Shown here: positions 59,097-64,000 of the stretch, one piece after another
How positions within the stretch are numbered: the first letter of the stretch is position 1
Layout of the letters: every line of letters starts with the position of its first letter
NCBI GenBank assembly: GCA_039818205.1
Contig: JBCBUK010000008.1
Span: 128,001 to 192,000, forward strand
Direction: 5' to 3'
Length of the DNA stretch: 64,000 nt
Source: Verrucomicrobiota bacterium
Lineage (GTDB): Bacteria; Verrucomicrobiota; Verrucomicrobiia; Opitutales; Cerasicoccaceae
Notes under the pieces: model-generated
Seen by the model: the letters and a program-made list of their open reading frames with translations, nothing else
What the model was told of the DNA's origin: nothing
Databases searched by the model: none
Position numbers and translations under genes: made by a program

Positions 59097-60494
59097 ATGA
59101 ATCCAGTTCGCATCCAACAGACCCTGTTGTTAGGCTTAGTGTTTCTATTGATTTTCGAAGGTATCTTCCGAAAGCTCGCTCCTGGGCCGATCAGCACGCT
59201 CCTCCTGTTTGCAAAAGATGGCATCTGCATCGTGCTTGTTCTTACGCTGGCGACTTCTCCGCCACGGGGCCAGGGGCGTAAGCTGTTTGGCTATTGGTTC
59301 GCGTTCATGGCGGTTTTTTCAATACCGTTTATGAAGACGCTGTTTATCAGCCCACCATTGGCGATTTTTGGAGCAAAGCAGTATATTCTTTTTCCAGTCG
59401 TAGCGATCGCGATGACGGCCGCCTTTCCACCTTCCCAGATCGAAGCACTGAAGCGTCATTTCGCCTGGTTTGCCTATTCGGTCATTATCACGTTTGCTGT
59501 ATCGATGCTTCAGCTAGCGCTGCCAGATTCACATTGGCTCAACCGTGGTATCGGTGGCATGGATCTGCGGGCTTTTGCGGCCGGTGGCGTTCTGCGGGTG
59601 TCGTCGACGTTTCCATTCGTAGCCCAGTACTCAATGTATTTAAATGCCCTGATTTTCGGCATTGGCCTGATGCTCGCAATCGGCTTGCCCAAGCGATTTC
59701 CCAAGCTGCTGAAAAAGATTCCAATCTGGGCGGTGCTACTTTGCTACGGCATCTCGCTCTTTGCGACCGGCTCGAGACAATCTGTTATCGGTACAGCGAT
59801 CATGTTTTCTATATCGCTTTTCGTCTTGCTGCTCGGTAATCGAACAAAGGTATTCACTTTGGCGATCCGACTACTTGTCGTCATGGCAGTTGTCATCGGA
59901 GCCGCTCAGTTCATATTGCCAAAGGCCTTTGTGGTCTACGAACTTCGATCGGAGTATTCGGACAACCAGTCTGAACTTGCTAGCCGCCTGAGCTATAGTC
60001 TGTTCGGTTGGGTTGATGGTCTACCCGGGGCGCCGCCAAATTTCCTCGGCTACGGCATTGGCGTAATGAGTAATGGATCCGAAAAAATCAGCGGCTATGC
60101 TGCGGAGTGGCGCGATCGCATCTGGGGAGAGACCGAAAGCTCCAATGTCATGTTCGAAGGTGGTTGGTGGCTAATGGCTACGTTTTTTGGGTTTCGCCTG
60201 GCTGTTACGATTTGGGTCGTGAGCCTTGCCCTTAAGATTCGAAGTAGTCCGTATTTTCTTGGTGCCGCCTCCATAACTGGATTCGTAATATTTGTAGCGC
60301 TTTTCGGCCAACTGAGTATCCAACCACCGCTCTCCTGTTGGTTTTGGATGGCGGTCGGCACCGCAGCAGTTCTCGCCAATTTGCATCGAGCTGATCTCAT
60401 TGCGGCTAACGTAGAGAAGGATACCGAAAGTCCGAGCAAGCGCTCTCGACGCCGGCGGGGACGTCCAATAAACCAGCCAGAGCAATCTACCTAA
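59097..60494 (+). CDS. Polytopic membrane protein, Wzy/O-antigen-ligase-like
   Basis: About 11 TM segments; LLIFEGIFRK, RVSSTF, TGSR and GYGIG...E...EGG pattern resembling Wzy_C-type proteins. Confidence 0.6.
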   Translation: MNPVRIQQTLLLGLVFLLIFEGIFRKLAPGPISTLLLFAKDGICIVLVLTLATSPPRGQGRKLFGYWFAFMAVFSIPFMKTLFISPPLAIFGAKQYILFPVVAIAMTAAFPPSQIEALKRHFAWFAYSVIITFAVSMLQLALPDSHWLNRGIGGMDLRAFAAGGVLRVSSTFPFVAQYSMYLNALIFGIGLMLAIGLPKRFPKLLKKIPIWAVLLCYGISLFATGSRQSVIGTAIMFSISLFVLLLGNRTKVFTLAIRLLVVMAVVIGAAQFILPKAFVVYELRSEYSDNQSELASRLSYSLFGWVDGLPGAPPNFLGYGIGVMSNGSEKISGYAAEWRDRIWGETESSNVMFEGGWWLMATFFGFRLAVTIWVVSLALKIRSSPYFLGAASITGFVIFVALFGQLSIQPPLSCWFWMAVGTAAVLANLHRADLIAANVEKDTESPSKRSRRRRGRPINQPEQST

Positions 60495-60500
60495 CTAACC

Positions 60501-61193
60501 ATGATTAGCTACGAAGAACAGACGGTCGCCTCTGGAAACCCAATCGCTCGCTTCGCGCACCGAAACCGCCTCAAGCGCTCGCTCAGGCTCGCGAGCGATC
60601 AGCTGCCGCAGGATGGGCATCTACTGGACTATGGCTGTGGTGATGGTCGGTTCGTTAAAAATATTTCGCTGCTAGGCTTCAATGCGGTCGGCTATGAACC
60701 GTTCATGGAAGAGCACCTTGAAGGCGTTCAGGTTGTACGCAGCTACGAAGAAATTGTCGATCTGGGCGTGGCCTTCGACCTCATCACCGTCTTTGAAACG
60801 CTCGAACACTTGGAGGACCAAGAGATTGTTGAACTGCTGGAACGTGCTAAAGGAATCATTAGCCCAAGCGGGAAGATTCTTTTTTCTGTTCCTATCGAAA
60901 TCGGCCCGGCGGTGATCCTTAAAACACTCAATCGAGAGTGGCGTTGCGGCAAACCCGGCTTCAATACGATCACGCCTTCTCTCCTAAAAGCCGCCTGCTT
61001 TGGCATCCCTGAATCTCGAGCCGAAGACGTTAAATCATCCCACCAAGGCTTCGACTTCCGAAAGTCTATTCGGTTTCTAGAGAACAACGGTTGCACGGTG
61101 AACGTAATCGCATACGGGCCGATTCCCGGTGGCTTTTGGTACGGCAATTCCCAGGTTTACTTTACCGCCCAGTTGGCAAAGAACGATGACTAA
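60501..61193 (+). CDS. Class I SAM-dependent methyltransferase
   Basis: LLDYGCGDG and FETLEHL motifs. Confidence 0.87.
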   Translation: MISYEEQTVASGNPIARFAHRNRLKRSLRLASDQLPQDGHLLDYGCGDGRFVKNISLLGFNAVGYEPFMEEHLEGVQVVRSYEEIVDLGVAFDLITVFETLEHLEDQEIVELLERAKGIISPSGKILFSVPIEIGPAVILKTLNREWRCGKPGFNTITPSLLKAACFGIPESRAEDVKSSHQGFDFRKSIRFLENNGCTVNVIAYGPIPGGFWYGNSQVYFTAQLAKNDD

Positions 61194-62370
61194 TAAAGCA
61201 AAGCCTACAGTCGTAATTGTAGACTCACATCCGGTCCAGTATAAGGCACCAGTCTACCAGGCGCTACAACGGCTGCGGCCGGATCAGTTCGCGGTCATTT
61301 ACGGCTTTGATACAACCCAGGGATACAGCGATAAAGAATTTGGAGCCCAGCTCAAATGGGATAGCGACCTCCTCGCTGGCTACCAAAACTGCTTTATCGA
61401 AAGCAGCACCGAAACCAGCCTTGGTGGCTTCAAAGGACTTCCGACCGCAAATGTTGTTGAGCTGCTCGAACAATACTCGCCGTTGGACATACTCGTCGGC
61501 CAATTTCGATATGAAATGGACCTGAGCGTATTTCGCTGGGCGAAGAAACATGACGTTCGACTTTGGATCCGCCATGAGACCCAAGATACCGCGTTCGATC
61601 GTCCCGCATGGAAAGATTTCCTGCGCGGTTGTTTCTATCGCTACGTTTATGGCAAACTGCATGGCGCTCTTTATATTGGAAACCTGAACCGGGAGCACCT
61701 CGTCCGATTTGGAATCTCGGAGGCGAATCTGATTCACGCGCCATACTGTGTCCCAGATCCGATTGCCACGTTTGACGATGCCGAACGTATCGATCGGCGA
61801 GAAAAACGCCGTACCGAACTGGGCGTTCAGGCGGACGCAATTACACTCGCATTTTTCGGAAAGTTAATCCCCAAGAAGCATCCGGAAATGCTGGCTCTTG
61901 CATGCGCGCAGCTACCACCCGAAATACGGTCAAAAATGCATTTGGTCTATGTTGGGACTGGCCCACTGCTTGATACCACAAAAGCTCTTTGTAAGGAACT
62001 TAAGCTCAACGCGAGCTTTCCTGGTTTTGTCAACCAGTCTGCCCTGGTGAATGACTATTTGGCGGCTGACATCGCGATGCTGCCATCCCGCCGTATGGGT
62101 GAAACCTGGGGCTTGGTCGTAAACGAAGCGCTGCAAGCGGGGTGCGGAGTCATAACGACTGACGCTGTGGGATCGTCACGCGAATTTGCTGGATGGGAAC
62201 GCTTCGAAGCATTCCCAGTCGAGGACGTCCAAGCGGCCGCAAAATGCCTCGAGAAACTCACCAGCTTCACCCGAGACTTCAATTGGTGCCGGCCCGCGAT
62301 CGAGGCTTATTCGATCGAATCAGCGGCCCAGGGATATGCTGAACTCATCGATCGCGCTCAACAAGCATGA
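61186..62370 (+). CDS. GT4 glycosyltransferase
   Basis: SHPVQY.AP, FGKLIPKKHP and ETWGLVVNEAL motifs; ATG 61186. Confidence 0.9.
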   Translation: MTNKAKPTVVIVDSHPVQYKAPVYQALQRLRPDQFAVIYGFDTTQGYSDKEFGAQLKWDSDLLAGYQNCFIESSTETSLGGFKGLPTANVVELLEQYSPLDILVGQFRYEMDLSVFRWAKKHDVRLWIRHETQDTAFDRPAWKDFLRGCFYRYVYGKLHGALYIGNLNREHLVRFGISEANLIHAPYCVPDPIATFDDAERIDRREKRRTELGVQADAITLAFFGKLIPKKHPEMLALACAQLPPEIRSKMHLVYVGTGPLLDTTKALCKELKLNASFPGFVNQSALVNDYLAADIAMLPSRRMGETWGLVVNEALQAGCGVITTDAVGSSREFAGWERFEAFPVEDVQAAAKCLEKLTSFTRDFNWCRPAIEAYSIESAAQGYAELIDRAQQA

Positions 62371-63518
62371 GACTATTAAACGTTATCGACTCCTTTGCGC
62401 CTGAGACCGGAGGAACCCTCAAGGCCATGCTCGAGTTCAATCAGGAGCTCGTTAAGCAAGGACATGTAATCGAATCCCTCGCCATGGGGCCAAAGCCAGA
62501 AATATTACCATCGGCATGTGGTGAGTTCCACGTCGTTGGTGAACGCAAAAGTGTCTACGGATACGATCCGCTGGTCTTAGACTGGCTAAAAGAGAATGTG
62601 GGCCGATTCGATGCCGTAATCGCCCATGGCGTTTGGCAGTTTCATACATTGGCGACCCGGCTCGCTTGCGCGAAACAGGGAACGCCGTATTTTGTTTACG
62701 TTCATGGCATGCTGGATCCTTGGTTCAAACATACCTATCCGCTGAAGCACATCAAGAAATGGTTCTACTGGCCATGGGGAGAATATCTAAACCTGAAAAA
62801 TGCACGGGCAGTCTTCTATACCGGAGAAGATGAGAAAGCCTTAGCGCGACAATCCTTCTGGCTCTACCATTGTCGGGAAGAAATCGTGCCACTCGGGATC
62901 GAGCCACCCATAAAACCTAAGCCAGCGATAATCGAACAGTTCCGGTCGGCGACTCCCGGTCTCGACGACGCACCCTATCTATTATTTCTCGGTAGGATTT
63001 ATCCGAAGAAAGGAGCGGACATACTGATTGAAGCGTACCGGCAACTTCGTAAGGAATCCGTTGAGCTTCCTCACCTCGTGGTGGCGGGCCCGGTTCAAGA
63101 TGATTCCTTCAAGTCTACCTTGCTTGGCTTAGCAGAAGACGATCCGCATATCCATTTCCATGAGATGGTGCAAGGTGACCAGAAATGGGGAGCGATTGCT
63201 GGCGCAGGCGCACTCATTTTGCCGTCGCACCAAGAAAACTTTGGTATTGTGGTGGCTGAAGCTCTTGGTCTCGGTGTACCCGCCTTAATCTCAGACAAGG
63301 TAAACATTTGGCGAGAAGTCGTCGACGATCAGGCTGGCTTGGCCGAAGTCGACACCGTAGCCGGAGTTCGCGACTTGCTGACCAAATGGTGTGCCCTAAC
63401 CGATGATCAACGTTTCGCTATGAGCGCTTCGGCTCAATTAGCATTCAATAAACGCTACGACATCACTCAAGCAACCGATCACCTAATCTCCGTTCTCGAT
63501 CGATGCCTCAGCAACTAG
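62367..63518 (+). CDS. GT4 glycosyltransferase
   Basis: HGMLDPWF, LGRIYPKKG and PSHQENFGIVVAEAL motifs. Confidence 0.9.
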   Translation: MRLLNVIDSFAPETGGTLKAMLEFNQELVKQGHVIESLAMGPKPEILPSACGEFHVVGERKSVYGYDPLVLDWLKENVGRFDAVIAHGVWQFHTLATRLACAKQGTPYFVYVHGMLDPWFKHTYPLKHIKKWFYWPWGEYLNLKNARAVFYTGEDEKALARQSFWLYHCREEIVPLGIEPPIKPKPAIIEQFRSATPGLDDAPYLLFLGRIYPKKGADILIEAYRQLRKESVELPHLVVAGPVQDDSFKSTLLGLAEDDPHIHFHEMVQGDQKWGAIAGAGALILPSHQENFGIVVAEALGLGVPALISDKVNIWREVVDDQAGLAEVDTVAGVRDLLTKWCALTDDQRFAMSASAQLAFNKRYDITQATDHLISVLDRCLSN

Positions 63519-64000
63519 AGCGCGTCGTTTTGATCGGAAACTATGCTCCCGATAAACAGTGGAGCATGCTAAACTTTGCCGAACAACTGCGCTCCGGGCT
63601 AAAGGCAAACAAGATCGAGGTCGATCTCTGGCAACCTCAGCCGGTATTCAATCGCCTTGATTCAAGCCTGCCGGGTGCAATCTCTAAATGGCTCGGCTAT
63701 ATCGACAAGTTGATCCTATTCCCACGTCGACTCAAACGAGCGGCGAGGACACTTCCCGACAACACTGTTTTTCACATCTGTGATCATTCAAATGGATTCT
63801 ACGTCCCGGTGATAAAGAATCGGCCACACCTGATAACCTGCCACGACCTGATGGCTATATTGTCGGCGCGCGGCGAAGTCCCACAGCACCAAACAGGATT
63901 TACTGGCAAAAAGCTTCAGGGATACATTTTTGCTGGGCTGACTCAGGCCGAACGGATCGTCTGCGATTCTCACAGTAGTCGAGCAGATCTCATCCGGCTA
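63503..64000 (+). CDS. GT4 glycosyltransferase, truncated by window edge
   Basis: Not in the ORF track. Manual translation MPQQLERVVLIGNYAPDKQWSM...KWLGYIDK...HICDHSN...ITCHDL...IVCDS is open to the edge. Confidence 0.85.
   Translation, partial: MPQQLERVVLIGNYAPDKQWSMLNFAEQLRSGLKANKIEVDLWQPQPVFNRLDSSLPGAISKWLGYIDKLILFPRRLKRAARTLPDNTVFHICDHSNGFYVPVIKNRPHLITCHDLMAILSARGEVPQHQTGFTGKKLQGYIFAGLTQAERIVCDSHSSRADLIRL

Overview
Gene-dense bacterial chromosome segment, probably Verrucomicrobiota/Opitutae. This is inferred from RNase HIII, an H-X9-DG-type pseudopilin, Verrucomicrobia-type C-terminal domains on secreted proteins and a scarcity of Shine-Dalgarno motifs. Left to right it holds: a partial CPA2 antiporter; mreBCD; a secreted beta-helix protein; a complete divergent succinate-to-propionate cluster (CoA-transferase, Na+-pumping methylmalonyl-CoA decarboxylase, epimerase, mutase mutAB, meaB); a modular DUF5060 protein; a bioA-bioB-bioD-bioF-esterase-bioC operon with a BirA-type operator; a secreted protein plus pseudopilin pair; housekeeping genes (rnhC, mutY, Nif3, aroQ, pgpA, pgsA, coaD, DUF1015, TauE); thiC under a TPP riboswitch; and, from about 42.9 kb to the right edge, a large surface-polysaccharide locus. 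The three strongest leads are: (1) a decarboxylase beta subunit with an embedded biotinyl-domain-like insert that lacks the biotin-accepting lysine; (2) a JUMPStart/ops-like hairpin element right after an RfaH-like gene, with matching changes in both partners; (3) the surface protein plus pseudopilin pair, a candidate vitamin (possibly B12) scavenging module. All calls come from motif recognition by eye; no database searches were run.
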